This document shows, one piece after another, positions 41,410 to 53,607 of a stretch of DNA of 64,000 nt. Origin of the DNA: a virus (taxonomy: Duplodnaviria > Caudoviricetes); the IMG/VR virus record IMGVR_UViG_3300027804_000001, positions 1 through 64,000 of that record; one strand, 5' to 3'. How positions within the stretch are numbered: the first letter of the stretch is position 1; each line of letters opens with the position of its first letter. The notes beneath the pieces were generated by a model. That model was not told where the DNA came from and did not search any database. It saw nothing but the letters and a program-made list of their open reading frames with translations. The position numbers were made by a program, and so were the translations under genes.

Positions 41410-41891
41410 TGAAAACAGAAAAGAAGAAACTTTATTTGGATGATGTGAGAACCCCCACATCGGAAGATTGGGTTGTTGTACGCAATTATGATGAATTTGT
41501 TCATCAAATAAATTTATATGGTTTAGAATCTTTTGAGGTTATTTCATTAGATCACGATTTAGGTGAAGACGCAATGGTTGAATATTATACTAATGTGAAA
41601 AATAATTTTACTTTAGATTATAATAATATCCAAGAAAAAACAGGAATGGATTGTTGTAAGTTTTTAGTTAATCTGAGTATGACAAAATACATACCACTAC
41701 CACAAATTTATGTTCATTCTGCAAACCCTATAGGTAGTGCAAATATGATGGGTTATATAAATAACTATTTAATGAATTGTGGACTACCCCAAACATGTGT
41801 TAGGGTTAAAATTGACCATACTATTCACGAATCACATTTAATACCACCCGAAGCTAGAAAGGCCAAATGGGACAGAAGTATAAAAAAATAA
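41406..41891 (+). CDS. Cyclic-phosphate-processing receiver-domain protein
   Basis: LYLDDVRTP, ISLDHDLG, TGMDC, VHSANPIG. Confidence 0.8.
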   Translation: MMKTEKKKLYLDDVRTPTSEDWVVVRNYDEFVHQINLYGLESFEVISLDHDLGEDAMVEYYTNVKNNFTLDYNNIQEKTGMDCCKFLVNLSMTKYIPLPQIYVHSANPIGSANMMGYINNYLMNCGLPQTCVRVKIDHTIHESHLIPPEARKAKWDRSIKK

Positions 41892-41977
41892 TTATTATAT
41901 TTTTATCTCCTTAAAAAATTTTCTTTTTGTAAAAAAAAATATAACTTTGTCATAACAAAACTCTAAACAAACTTACT

Positions 41978-42301
41978 ATGCCAAAAACTAAAATTTTCAA
42001 AGACCTAATCTTTAAGAAAAAATACAAATCTTATGGACAATTTCATTCAGAAAACAGAGAAAAAATTTATAAAACAATAATCGAATTGTTTAAGGAATTT
42101 AGTTTAGTTAAAAATAAAACATTGTCAATGACAATTAGTGCCGATATTGAAAATATCGAATGGAATACTGAGTTGTGTTTTAATAGGGGTGAATCCTATA
42201 TTCTTAAAAAAGATGTTATGCCGTATTTTGAAGAGATTGAAGATTATGAAACATGTTCCGAAATAATAAATCTTTCAAAATCCTTGACTAAATCAATATA
42301 A
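41978..42301 (+). CDS. Hypothetical protein
   Basis: 107-aa ORF, C-terminal EDYETC. Confidence 0.65.
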   Translation: MPKTKIFKDLIFKKKYKSYGQFHSENREKIYKTIIELFKEFSLVKNKTLSMTISADIENIEWNTELCFNRGESYILKKDVMPYFEEIEDYETCSEIINLSKSLTKSI

Positions 42302-42368
42302 AGGTTTATATTATTTTATAAATAAAAGCCTAATTATTTTTAGGGTACTTTTATTTATTTTGTTCAGA

Positions 42369-42394
42369 ACCCACCGATTCTTCGGTGGGTTTTT

Positions 42395-42396
<2 letters not shown>
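42369..42396 (+). terminator. Intrinsic terminator
   Basis: ACCCACCGA-TTCT-TCGGTGGGT-TTTTTT. Confidence 0.85.
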
Positions 42397-43882
<1,486 letters not shown>

Positions 43883-43885
43883 TTA

Positions 43886-44695
43886 TCAAAGATTAAGACC
43901 CAACCCTAATTGTGAATATTTTCTAATTGGGTCATGGTCAAATTTTATAGTTACATTATTAAAGTCTTTCATAATACCAATTTTCATAGTTGTAAAATTG
44001 GTGTTATATTTTGGAAATGTAATTTCACCAATTGCATCTTTTCCTCTCCATAATACTCTTTCATTTCCAAACCCAATCATGGTATGAAAACCAATTTTTT
44101 TATGTCTTTTACCGAATCCAAAATAAATTGTTTTCTCTTTTACTAAATCATTAATTAACGGAAAATCAACTTGTGTTATTCTACCATTAGGAAAAAATGT
44201 TGATTTATCGGGTTCATACGTTGAAACGAAATCCATTATAAAATAATTTTTATTACCGACCGTAAAAGATACACCAATTTGTTTATTGGTTGTCTTGTTT
44301 AATGTAAAATTGATAATAGGTTTTTTACCTCTGATAGTATCTCTTTTACCATTTTCATAAACATATACTCTAGCGGGTTGTCTATAACCCCAATCATTAA
44401 AGTACCACATAGGTTGGTAGTAATTCCAACCAAACATAGGTGCCCCCCATAAATCCCATCTATTCCATCCCCATCCTGCGTAAGGTTGTGTTATAATCAC
44501 GTTTGACCCGGGTTTTGTTGGTCTTGGTCTATTTTCTTCTCTTGGTGAGTTGTTTCTCCACATACTAATGTCACTTCTCTGACCTTGAATTGAAGGACGA
44601 ACTTCTACTTTTGTTGGTGGATTGTTTCTCCAAGACGATACTTGTGAAAATGTTACCAACGGAGTTAAAACCAATAGTAATAATAACTTTTTCAT
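43886..44695 (-). CDS. Exported protein, probable outer-membrane beta-barrel
   Basis: MKKLL signal peptide, W/G/Y-rich segment, C-terminal LGLGLNL strand. Confidence 0.65.
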   Translation of the reverse strand: MKKLLLLLVLTPLVTFSQVSSWRNNPPTKVEVRPSIQGQRSDISMWRNNSPREENRPRPTKPGSNVIITQPYAGWGWNRWDLWGAPMFGWNYYQPMWYFNDWGYRQPARVYVYENGKRDTIRGKKPIINFTLNKTTNKQIGVSFTVGNKNYFIMDFVSTYEPDKSTFFPNGRITQVDFPLINDLVKEKTIYFGFGKRHKKIGFHTMIGFGNERVLWRGKDAIGEITFPKYNTNFTTMKIGIMKDFNNVTIKFDHDPIRKYSQLGLGLNL

Positions 44696-44724
44696 AATTA
44701 TTAGTTTAGTATTATATAAATATC

Positions 44725-44751
44725 AAAAAAAGGGAGTTTAAACTCCCTTTT
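44725..44751. terminator. Bidirectional terminator, near-identical copy at 45614-45638
   Basis: AAAAAAGGGAGT-TTAA-ACTCCCTTTTT. Confidence 0.75.
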
Positions 44752-44859
44752 CTATTTTACTTAAAACTTCTAAATTCTGTTTTATAAGTTTTATTTTTTT
44801 CATACCACTTCTTCTACTTCTCATAGGACGTGGTTTTTTTGCTGCTGTTCCCATATTAT

Positions 44860-45588
44860 TTATTTTTGAAATATTCCTTTTTTAATCATTTTATCTAAGA
44901 TATTAGCACAAGCAACATCTAAAGCTTTTTTTGTTGAGATACTAATTGTTGATTGGTTAAACTTAATTGGATCCACACTTGCATCAGAAAGTAAAGTCAA
45001 CTCTCTAACAGTTTTTGCTTCACCTAAACCAGATGCTGCAATTATCGTTCCATTTTCTGCATCAGTAAATCTAACTTGCAAACCCAATCTAGTCACCATA
45101 TTGTCTTTGATACCATCTTTTAAGTTAATGGTTTCATCTTCAGATACCGAATAATCATACACTTCAATTTCAACAAAATAATGAGCCAATTTAATTTTTC
45201 CTCTACCATCTAATTTATTTTCAGAAATACCTGCTTGAGATGCTTGGAATTGTTTTACCATTCTATTCTTAATCTCGGTCTTATCTTCAGTAAATTCAAA
45301 TCTATTAAGGTTATCCAAATATTCTAATACAATATTTGCGACACCCAATCCAACTCTTTTTTCTTTTAGTTCAGGGTACATTTCATATACTTCCTCACCA
45401 ATACCACATTTTAAGATTTGGATATTTTTCTTTGGACCTTCATAATCCAAATAAGCAGATATGTCTTTTTTCTTTTCAAAATCCGCTTTAAATTCTTCAG
45501 TTTTTGTTTTACCTATTGTTTGAGCAGTTAGGACATTTACACCACCCGTAATTAACAATATACCCAATAATACGATTAATTTTTTCAT
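44860..45588 (-). CDS. CsgG/HfaB-family protein
   Basis: Signal peptide; LGVANIVLEYL.NLNRFEF.E, EIEVYDYS, LQVRF.DAENG.II.ASG resemble the CsgG fold. Confidence 0.7.
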   Translation of the reverse strand: MKKLIVLLGILLITGGVNVLTAQTIGKTKTEEFKADFEKKKDISAYLDYEGPKKNIQILKCGIGEEVYEMYPELKEKRVGLGVANIVLEYLDNLNRFEFTEDKTEIKNRMVKQFQASQAGISENKLDGRGKIKLAHYFVEIEVYDYSVSEDETINLKDGIKDNMVTRLGLQVRFTDAENGTIIAASGLGEAKTVRELTLLSDASVDPIKFNQSTISISTKKALDVACANILDKMIKKGIFQK

Positions 45589-45642
45589 ACATGTTTTTTA
45601 TAATAAATACAACAAAAAAGGGAGTTTAAAACTCCCTTAATA

Positions 45643-45906
45643 TTAACCTTCCATTTCTTCGGTCTCTTTCTTTTTGTTGTGTTTGTTGTTTATATACTTA
45701 TCAACAGAAGCAATACCAAATGCCCCCAACGTTATAACTAAGAAACCATCAAAAATAAATTCATTAATTACTAATGGTTTACCCATCCAACCCGTAATTA
45801 AGTCAACCGCCAAAGCGATTACCATACATATAAATGATGAGAAACCTACAACAGATTTTTCATTTATGTGGTTGTTGTCATTAAATAATTCTTTAATAAA
45901 TCCCAT
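45643..45906 (-). CDS. Small two-TM membrane protein
   Basis: Two hydrophobic helices, charged C terminus. Confidence 0.7.
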   Translation of the reverse strand: MGFIKELFNDNNHINEKSVVGFSSFICMVIALAVDLITGWMGKPLVINEFIFDGFLVITLGAFGIASVDKYINNKHNKKKETEEMEG

Positions 45907-45940
45907 AATAAGTGTTTTAGTGTTTGTTTAGTTTTTATGA

Positions 45941-46588
45941 TTAACCCTCTATATGGTCATCGGGGTCAGTGTCCTTTATTTTTCCGCATTTTAGACATTC
46001 TAAGTCACCATCCCCATCTAAATCTCCCCATACGTGCTCACATTGTCTATGTGCAAAGTACATATCGATTTTACCATCACCATCAAAATCTATACCATCC
46101 ATTGTACCATCACCATCTTCATCCACTTCAATTCCTGTTCTAGGTTGTGTGGTTGGTACTTGTTCAAACGTATCGTTTACCTTTTCTATTTTTGAGTTTT
46201 CAATAGCGGTTTGAAACGCCTCTGGTATGATTGGTGTGTTGTTTGGCGGAGTTACCGGCATATCAGCAGTGTTACTCATTGCCGTACCATCTTCCTCATC
46301 CATTTTCTGAACCAACATTTTATCTTTATCAGTATCACTAAACCAATAGTCAATGATTTTACCATAAGAACCAATGAACGCTCCTAATAACAATAATAGA
46401 AGTTCTTTCCATTCACCTTCTATTGCTGATTTATTTAATATAGCGAAGAACATTCCACCTATAATAAACATAAATCCACCCAATACCAATGCGGTAATAT
46501 ACCACCTACGTTTCATCATTGCGTTTAATAAATCTTTAAATCCACTTGGTGGTGTCTTTTCATTCGACACCTCGTTTACATCTGACAT
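45941..46588 (-). CDS. Two-TM membrane protein with DxDxDG Ca-binding repeats and C-terminal Cys/His cluster
   Basis: DEDGDG, DFDGDG, DLDGDG; CEH...CLKC; start moved to ATG 46588. Confidence 0.7.
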   Translation of the reverse strand: MSDVNEVSNEKTPPSGFKDLLNAMMKRRWYITALVLGGFMFIIGGMFFAILNKSAIEGEWKELLLLLLGAFIGSYGKIIDYWFSDTDKDKMLVQKMDEEDGTAMSNTADMPVTPPNNTPIIPEAFQTAIENSKIEKVNDTFEQVPTTQPRTGIEVDEDGDGTMDGIDFDGDGKIDMYFAHRQCEHVWGDLDGDGDLECLKCGKIKDTDPDDHIEG

Positions 46589-46629
46589 ATCTTTCTTTTT
46601 ACAATTTCTTTTTACTTTATTGCACTCAA

Positions 46630-46944
46630 TTACCATTTTGGAGCTTCTTCCTTAAATTCGTCACCTTCTTTTTTCTTAGGTTTTGCAACTGGTTGAGCCG
46701 GTGCACTTTTTTCTTTAATGATAACAGTTTTACCACCACCTGCAGCTTGTTGCTGAGTTTGTGAGTTTGTAATATTAATTACAGGTGCGGCTTGTTGAAC
46801 TGGCGCCGCTTCTTTATCTCCACCACCTAATAATGTTGTTAACCACACACCACCTGCGGTTACTACGGTACCTGCCACTCCGACAATTGTCTTTTTTAAT
46901 CCTGACCAAGTACCATCATTTGAGTTTTCTACTTCTTCTGACAT
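46630..46944 (-). CDS. Single-TM protein
   Basis: Hydrophobic N-terminal helix, Gln/Ala/Pro-rich tail. Confidence 0.7.
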   Translation of the reverse strand: MSEEVENSNDGTWSGLKKTIVGVAGTVVTAGGVWLTTLLGGGDKEAAPVQQAAPVINITNSQTQQQAAGGGKTVIIKEKSAPAQPVAKPKKKEGDEFKEEAPKW

Positions 46945-46968
46945 AAAATTTAAATTTAATTTGTGTTA

Positions 46969-47340
46969 TTATAGTTTATTAAAATCCGTAATACCAATCA
47001 GTACATTGTTTACATCATATAATGCAATTCTGTATGCTGATTTTGGTAATGCGTTAGTGTATACTTTCAATATATTATCACCGGCTTTTACTTCCATTGT
47101 TTCTTTCGATACCACTCTATTTGCAATATCTAAAATCTTTACACTAACCGTTCCCGATGACTCTAATTTAACATTCATACTAACCTCACTTGTTACAAAT
47201 GGTGATGAAAGTTTAATACCAGAATTTGCCGTCATTTTTAATTCGGGTGTAACTGCAACTTCAGGCATTGGTAACATGTCATCTTTACGACATCCTGTCA
47301 TAAAAATCACTGCAATTGTTATTAAAAATAGTTTTTTCAT
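46969..47340 (-). CDS. Lipoprotein made of a T9SS C-terminal sorting-domain-like module
   Basis: MTGC lipobox; VSVKILDIANRVV...GDN...TNALPKSAYRI matches the Por secretion tail pattern. Confidence 0.65.
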   Translation of the reverse strand: MKKLFLITIAVIFMTGCRKDDMLPMPEVAVTPELKMTANSGIKLSSPFVTSEVSMNVKLESSGTVSVKILDIANRVVSKETMEVKAGDNILKVYTNALPKSAYRIALYDVNNVLIGITDFNKL

Positions 47341-47341
47341 T

Positions 47342-47689
47342 TTAGTTTAGTGTTAGTTTTGTTTTTCCTTTTTGGTTTTTATTAATATCCTCAAGTACTA
47401 AATATAAATACTTTGATGGTAACGATTTTGTATATATTTTTAACTTATTATCACCAATTTTACCAATTATTTTTTCTTTGGTTAAAACTTGACCAGTTTG
47501 GAAATCTACCAATTTCAATATGTATGTACTATCAGATGTTAATTTAAATGTAATTTCATCACCATCTGAAACAGAAGATTCAGACATGGAAAATATGTCA
47601 ACCTGAACTTTAGGTTGAGGTATGGGTTCTATTTCCATTTTTGTACACCCAACCATTAAAATCAATGATATATATAATAATTTTTTCAT
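47342..47689 (-). CDS. Lipoprotein, paralogue of 46969-47340
   Basis: MVGC lipobox; shared GDNxLKxYTxxLPxxxY motif. Confidence 0.65.
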   Translation of the reverse strand: MKKLLYISLILMVGCTKMEIEPIPQPKVQVDIFSMSESSVSDGDEITFKLTSDSTYILKLVDFQTGQVLTKEKIIGKIGDNKLKIYTKSLPSKYLYLVLEDINKNQKGKTKLTLN

Positions 47690-47947
47690 TTATTGTATTT
47701 TAATATATTTTGAAGTTTTAAAAGGATTTAAATAATACTCATTACTTTTCCATTTTTCAATTTTAAATCTAGCCATTTCTTCCGAATAGTATATTACATT
47801 ATCGTCATACCATTTACCCATTCCATATTTTTTCATCGGTAGATATAATGAATAACCTGTACCATCATATTCCACCATTTTAATCTTATATCTAACACAA
47901 GATGAAAAAGTTAAAACTAACGATGTGAGTAATAATACTTTTTTCAT
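47690..47947 (-). CDS. Small lipoprotein
   Basis: FSSC lipobox. Confidence 0.65.
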   Translation of the reverse strand: MKKVLLLTSLVLTFSSCVRYKIKMVEYDGTGYSLYLPMKKYGMGKWYDDNVIYYSEEMARFKIEKWKSNEYYLNPFKTSKYIKIQ

Positions 47948-48840
47948 TAGAATTGAAAGTTTGTTCCTATCATAAACATTATTGGATTACTCTTTTTATA
48001 ACCTACCGATTCACTTAATTTATCCCAAGTTGTGTTATATCTAACATTAGTATTCAATACAAATCTTTTAGTTATTTTCCAATCCATAGATACACCATAA
48101 TATAAGTCCAAATTGAAATCATCTATATATGATAAATCCGATTCGGTGTCATCTTTGAATACTTTATATACATCACTCATTGCAAATAACTGAGGTGAAA
48201 TATTTACTCTTTTAGTTTTAAATGTATAAGTGTACATCGCCATACCTCTATAAGTAAGTTCAGATGATGCTGGCATTTGTGGATATATTAAATCTAAAAA
48301 ATTACCATCCGCATCTACCGTATATTTTCCTTCCCACTCACCCTGATAAGTTCCCCAAAATGATTTTGATGCAATTAAACTATAACCAAATGTTCCAAAC
48401 TTTTTAGTTCTGAATACATCAATGAATGATAATGTAATATCTTTTTGAAAATCAAAATCGGTTGAATAGAATGTTTGTATTGTAGTTGTTCTCTTTTCAG
48501 TATTTCTACTTAAACCATAACCAACACCATAATAATTCCATATAGGATTAATTGATGCGGCGAATGAGTGACCCCATTGTCCATTTAAAGACGATTTATG
48601 GTATCCTAAATTAAGAGTAGTTGATACTTGTCTACCAATTACACCAATTGAAAGGTTTGATGATGAAAGAACATCTTTTGAGAAATTAACATAGGATTGT
48701 AATATACCCACATCATTCCAATCATCACTTTCACCAAATAATTCTTTCGGTGATAGTTGTAATGTATCAGGTTTTTGTATTTGTGCGTTAGATACAAATC
48801 CAATTAAAACTAATGATATGAATAATAATAACTTTTTCAT
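47947..48840 (-). CDS. Probable outer-membrane beta-barrel protein
   Basis: Signal peptide, amphipathic strands, C-terminal IGTNFQF (terminal Phe). Confidence 0.75.
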   Translation of the reverse strand: MKKLLLFISLVLIGFVSNAQIQKPDTLQLSPKELFGESDDWNDVGILQSYVNFSKDVLSSSNLSIGVIGRQVSTTLNLGYHKSSLNGQWGHSFAASINPIWNYYGVGYGLSRNTEKRTTTIQTFYSTDFDFQKDITLSFIDVFRTKKFGTFGYSLIASKSFWGTYQGEWEGKYTVDADGNFLDLIYPQMPASSELTYRGMAMYTYTFKTKRVNISPQLFAMSDVYKVFKDDTESDLSYIDDFNLDLYYGVSMDWKITKRFVLNTNVRYNTTWDKLSESVGYKKSNPIMFMIGTNFQF

Positions 48841-51146
48841 TATATCACCTTTACATTTAATTTAATTAAATTAGTGTTTAATGTTTCAACATTTTTAATT
48901 GAAATTAAACCTAATATGTTTGTAATTGTTGTTTTTGGTTTAAATGTTATTTTATAACCAATATTAGAAATTAATCCACCTGACGTATTTAACGAACCCA
49001 AACTTATAAATGAACCATTATTTTTACCAAAGTTTGTTGATTGTGTATTATTAAATTGAACACTTGAAAAATCTAAAATTGAATTATCAAAATATACGTC
49101 AAATTGAGTTGCACCAATACTATTGCCATTTGGATTTACCACTATAGTTGCAATTATACTATCACCAACTTTTTCCATCATTATATCTGCTTCAACATCA
49201 CCTATAGAATTATTTGTTACTGACATTGATTTTATTTCAGATGGTTGAGTAATACTACTTGATGATAAAACAAAACCTGTTGGTTGAGATGAATGAGAGA
49301 GATTTACATCACCTTTCCATGTAATATCTAAATTATATGAATTTAAAATACCGTTGGTAAAAGTAAATGGATAGTTAATTCTTTTAATATCTGTATATGT
49401 ACTCCATGTTTGTTTTGTGATATTATCATATGTTGTAGATGGAATTATTTTCATTGCATCTGCAATTGATGGTGTTGATTGCCATAAAGAATTCGTACCT
49501 TGTAAATGTGTTAATAAAGAATAACAATCTCTTTCATCAAAAACACCATCTTCGTTAACATCGGCATTGTGGAATTGAATACCGGATGTAAAATACTTAC
49601 TCTCATTACCCATAATACCTCTATCAGAATATTCTTTAAATGCCAAATAAACATCACCAACAGTGATTATATTACCTAATAATGTTTGTGTCTGTGATGT
49701 AGTTAAATTACCAAATGATATTGTGTGATATTTGTACATTAAATTTTGACCAAATGTTACTTCAGACGCAAATGCATAATCCGTATTCCATCCATTTACA
49801 TTTCTTATATAAGAGTTATAGATAGACGTTCCATCTGTTACCTTAGTTAATGAAGAAGGGACACTATATTGTGCCCAACCATTTACATCGTGAGATAAAT
49901 AAGTTACTGGACCATCATATGTATCTAATATTTTTACATTTGTTATTGATTGCGGAGTATAGTTCGTAAACTTTCTATAATCAATTAATAACCTACTTAC
50001 ACCATTACCCATCCAACTCGCATTTGGGTTTGTATATGACCACTCAACTTGACCAGGTACTATGGTTGCCTTATTTCCATTTCCCACAATTTGTGATGTG
50101 TCCATTTGATTAGTCATATCAACTCTACCAATACCATTTAAATTAACATATGAATAATTAGAAGAAAAATTTGTATTATCAGTAGATGTTAAAATTCTAC
50201 TTTTAAACATTGTTTCATCGACATTAGTACCAAAATTAAAATTGAATTGTGCTCTTAATGTTTGTCCATTTGAGTGAGAAACTGAGTTAGAATAAAATCC
50301 GGTAAATGTTTGGTCATCGGGATTAGACCATGTTCCATATTCGATTACATATGGATTAGACCAGTTAGGTAAATCGTTCCATTGAGAACCGCCTCCCCAT
50401 TTAGTTACTGCATAATCTTCATTACCCGAATTGTTTGGTTCACCACCCGCCCAGTTGTTATATTGTCCTTGTATATTTCCGTTTAATTGTCCGTTTGCAG
50501 TTTTAATTACGGTTCCTTTTTCGGGTCCCGCATCGATTACCCATCTACCTTCCGTTACCTCATCAGTTAATGCAAACCATATGTTTGTTTGTGGTACATT
50601 TGCAAAAATAAATGCATCTTCATCAGAGGATGTAATTGTCACCAAATATCCCGTTTGTCCTTTGAATGTTGTTGCTTCTGATGCGGTTCTTGCACCTGTG
50701 TATGTGTTTCCAGATGCCATTGGTCTATAAAAATGACCATTAGTTGGATTATAATAGTATCCTGTTGGATTAACTGTTGCCGATACCGATAACTGAATAG
50801 TACCAACGGTTGCGGTTGTGTTTACTTTGAGTGTTGCCAATGCATTGTTTATATTCGACATGGTTCCAGTAAAAACTAGCTTTGTTTTGTTACCACTCAT
50901 TGTGAATCCACTTGCAGGTAACAAACCCGTTGTTGTTGTTAAATAGAATGTTGTTCCCGACGGTGCTGTTGGTAATCCTATGGCACAAAGAAGGTTATCT
51001 GTTGAATTAAACCCACTTAAATTAAATCCACTAGCGTCTTGGGCTGTTGTGTTTACGGTAAACGACTTTGGGTCTGGTGCTATTATTTGCTGACCAAAAC
51101 CAAAGTTTGTAATTAGTATCAATAATATAACTAATAGTTTCTTCAT
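48840..51146 (-). CDS. Exported modular protein: Ig/cadherin-like, C-type lectin, dockerin-like and cohesin-like modules
   Basis: YLVTITSSDE...W.GGEPNN...EDY...WND (CTLD); ADVNEDGVFDERDCYSLLTHLQG (dockerin-like); IGATQFDVYFDNSILDF (cohesin-like). Confidence 0.75.
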   Translation of the reverse strand: MKKLLVILLILITNFGFGQQIIAPDPKSFTVNTTAQDASGFNLSGFNSTDNLLCAIGLPTAPSGTTFYLTTTTGLLPASGFTMSGNKTKLVFTGTMSNINNALATLKVNTTATVGTIQLSVSATVNPTGYYYNPTNGHFYRPMASGNTYTGARTASEATTFKGQTGYLVTITSSDEDAFIFANVPQTNIWFALTDEVTEGRWVIDAGPEKGTVIKTANGQLNGNIQGQYNNWAGGEPNNSGNEDYAVTKWGGGSQWNDLPNWSNPYVIEYGTWSNPDDQTFTGFYSNSVSHSNGQTLRAQFNFNFGTNVDETMFKSRILTSTDNTNFSSNYSYVNLNGIGRVDMTNQMDTSQIVGNGNKATIVPGQVEWSYTNPNASWMGNGVSRLLIDYRKFTNYTPQSITNVKILDTYDGPVTYLSHDVNGWAQYSVPSSLTKVTDGTSIYNSYIRNVNGWNTDYAFASEVTFGQNLMYKYHTISFGNLTTSQTQTLLGNIITVGDVYLAFKEYSDRGIMGNESKYFTSGIQFHNADVNEDGVFDERDCYSLLTHLQGTNSLWQSTPSIADAMKIIPSTTYDNITKQTWSTYTDIKRINYPFTFTNGILNSYNLDITWKGDVNLSHSSQPTGFVLSSSSITQPSEIKSMSVTNNSIGDVEADIMMEKVGDSIIATIVVNPNGNSIGATQFDVYFDNSILDFSSVQFNNTQSTNFGKNNGSFISLGSLNTSGGLISNIGYKITFKPKTTITNILGLISIKNVETLNTNLIKLNVKVI

Positions 51147-51149
51147 CCA

Positions 51150-52841
51150 CTATTCTACTGTTAAATCTATTTTGTTTCCGTTTCCATCAACAGCATCTGA
51201 TAACACAAAATAAAATAAACCAGCGGTATTTGTTAAATTTTCTTTAGGTGTGAAAATTAATTTATATGGTGTACCCACTTTAATTCTACCTGTTTTTATT
51301 TGGTCAATAGAACCGAAAGTTAATCTACCATTATTATGTGTTGAGAAATTTGTTACTGTTGATCCAGAATCAAAAATTACATTGTCTAATGTTAATTTTG
51401 ATTCATCATATTGCATTATAACTTCTAAACCAGCTAAATCAGATTTTGTTAAATTAGTAGTTAAAACAACTTTACCACCTTCTAACTTTGATGACACACT
51501 CAATGTTGCTTTTTCGTATTCTTTTGTTTGATATGAACCAACAACTAAATTTGAACTATTAACAGACATTGATTTTATATCCATTGTTCCAATTCGAGAT
51601 ACTGAGTTTGTGTAAATTCCATTTTGTATGTTTTGTGCAATAACAGCGGGATCAGTTGAATGTGACCAGTTCAAATCACCACCCCAAGCAAATACCGCAT
51701 TTGCGGTTTGAGTATTAGAAGTAATTAACACTCTATTTGTAGGTGTTCCATCTAACCAACTTTGATTCAACAAACCACTATACCATTTTACTGATGTTGA
51801 CGTTGATGTTGGTATCATGGCATTTGAATCGACATTTATACCCATAACATATGCAAACATGTAATAAGAATCACTTTCACTAAATACGGTTTTGTTTCTT
51901 GTGATTAAACCGACCTTCTTTTCTAAATTAGGGTAAGTAAAATATGTTGAATTACCATTTATATCGACTTGTGATACAGCAAGAAATGCTTTATAAGCAT
52001 CTGATACTGTAATAACATTATTCATCCATGTTCTTTGATATGCTGGTGCAACAAACACACCAACAGAATCGCCTATTTTTAAATTTGTAAATGTTGCTTC
52101 ACCACTTGCATCTAAAGGTGATGTTGTAATTGGTTGTTGTCCCCAATCTATTTGACCACTACCATCATTTTTTAATCTCATAATTTGAACGGTGTGGTCT
52201 GTTATTGTTGTATAATTTGATGGGAATGCAACTTTAACTTTAAATGATGATGAACCACCTGTTACATTACCTAAAGATATTGATGCACCAGATGTGGTAA
52301 TTGGTGATATATTTGTTGAAGTAGCATCAATTGCATACGCCAAAATTAAATTATGAATATCGGTGTATGATGTATTATCTTTAATTACAAATTTATGAGA
52401 TGCCAACTCCCCATTAATTGTTGCATCTGTTCTTTGTAAAGTTAATTGACCAACGTTCCAATCTGAATTCACAGCAAAATTCCAAGGAGAAGCCAAATAC
52501 TGTGCATATAGAGATGTTGATGCAGAATTTGCGTTTGGTGTAAATTTATAGTTGGCCCACTCAGTTGAATATGTTTGTACGGATGTACCTTGTCCGTATG
52601 TTATTGAGTTTGGTAATAACAATAAAGATTTGTTACTATATTGATATCTTAACCATACATAACGTGGTGTTGTTGCAGGATTTGTTCCTTTATCCACAAC
52701 ATATTTTACAGTTACTGTATCACCAACCTTATATGGACCCGTTGCGGGTGTAATTGTTCTGTTGATTGTCATTTGACCAAAAGACGCCAAAGAGATAGTT
52801 AATATCCCTAAAACAAATATTAGTTTTTTCATTTTATTCAA
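51150..52841 (-). CDS. Exported protein with cohesin-like and degenerate dockerin-like modules; partial paralogue of 48840-51146
   Basis: VGDTVTVKY..; ITVSDAYKAF vs ITVGDVYLAF; WGGDLNWSHS vs WKGDVNLSHS; LAGLEVIMQYDESKL. Confidence 0.65.
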   Translation of the reverse strand: MNKMKKLIFVLGILTISLASFGQMTINRTITPATGPYKVGDTVTVKYVVDKGTNPATTPRYVWLRYQYSNKSLLLLPNSITYGQGTSVQTYSTEWANYKFTPNANSASTSLYAQYLASPWNFAVNSDWNVGQLTLQRTDATINGELASHKFVIKDNTSYTDIHNLILAYAIDATSTNISPITTSGASISLGNVTGGSSSFKVKVAFPSNYTTITDHTVQIMRLKNDGSGQIDWGQQPITTSPLDASGEATFTNLKIGDSVGVFVAPAYQRTWMNNVITVSDAYKAFLAVSQVDINGNSTYFTYPNLEKKVGLITRNKTVFSESDSYYMFAYVMGINVDSNAMIPTSTSTSVKWYSGLLNQSWLDGTPTNRVLITSNTQTANAVFAWGGDLNWSHSTDPAVIAQNIQNGIYTNSVSRIGTMDIKSMSVNSSNLVVGSYQTKEYEKATLSVSSKLEGGKVVLTTNLTKSDLAGLEVIMQYDESKLTLDNVIFDSGSTVTNFSTHNNGRLTFGSIDQIKTGRIKVGTPYKLIFTPKENLTNTAGLFYFVLSDAVDGNGNKIDLTVE

Positions 52842-53505
52842 AAAGTTTAACTACAAGCGAACCACACGCTTTTTTTATTGCATTACTTAAGGATGTTTGG
52901 TTGAATTTACCACCCTCGTCTACGATTAATGTGGACATTGAGATTTCTGAAGACCCTTCCTCAACAACAACTTCTTTTACTTTTTTACCGTTTTTATAAA
53001 GAATACCTTTCATTCTAACAACAACTTTTTCCTCATTTTTATGAAAAACTGATACGTTTTTCTTTGTTGTCAGAATATCCAAATAAACAATTTCCACCTT
53101 AATTTTATTTTCAGCAGATGGACTTAAATCTTTACCATTTTCTTGTAGATATTCTTCTAATATGTTTTTAACCCCAAATGATAATTGTCTATTACCTGCA
53201 AGTTTTCCAATTTTAACATTGTTCTCCACACCCTCTACCCATACATGATCTTCAGATTCATACCATATATTTTCTGGCGAATTTTTAAATGTGCCATCAA
53301 TCATATGTGTAATCTTATTTGTCCAAGTGTTAACAATTTCATCCTGACCTGTGGCCATTAAAATTATTGTTGATACTTGAAAGGCAAGTGCTAAGAATAC
53401 CCAAGCAAGTGCAAATACTAAGAAAAATTGGAAGAATCTATCCCTAATCGATAGTGCGATAATTTTTACCCTCTCCATTGTTTTTAAGTTTTTTAGTTGT
53501 ATCAC
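52834..53505 (-). CDS. Membrane-anchored protein with CsgG/LptE-like alpha-beta domain
   Basis: N-terminal TM; FGVKNILEEYL similar to LGVANIVLEYL of 44860-45588. Confidence 0.5.
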   Translation of the reverse strand: MIQLKNLKTMERVKIIALSIRDRFFQFFLVFALAWVFLALAFQVSTIILMATGQDEIVNTWTNKITHMIDGTFKNSPENIWYESEDHVWVEGVENNVKIGKLAGNRQLSFGVKNILEEYLQENGKDLSPSAENKIKVEIVYLDILTTKKNVSVFHKNEEKVVVRMKGILYKNGKKVKEVVVEEGSSEISMSTLIVDEGGKFNQTSLSNAIKKACGSLVVKLFE

Positions 53506-53607
53506 TAAAAACTTAAAACCTTACTCGGGTAAATTTTAAATTTCTAGGATACTTTTATTTATTTTGTTCATTTTATAAATATTTGAATAGTTGTTTAACG
53601 ATGTGAT

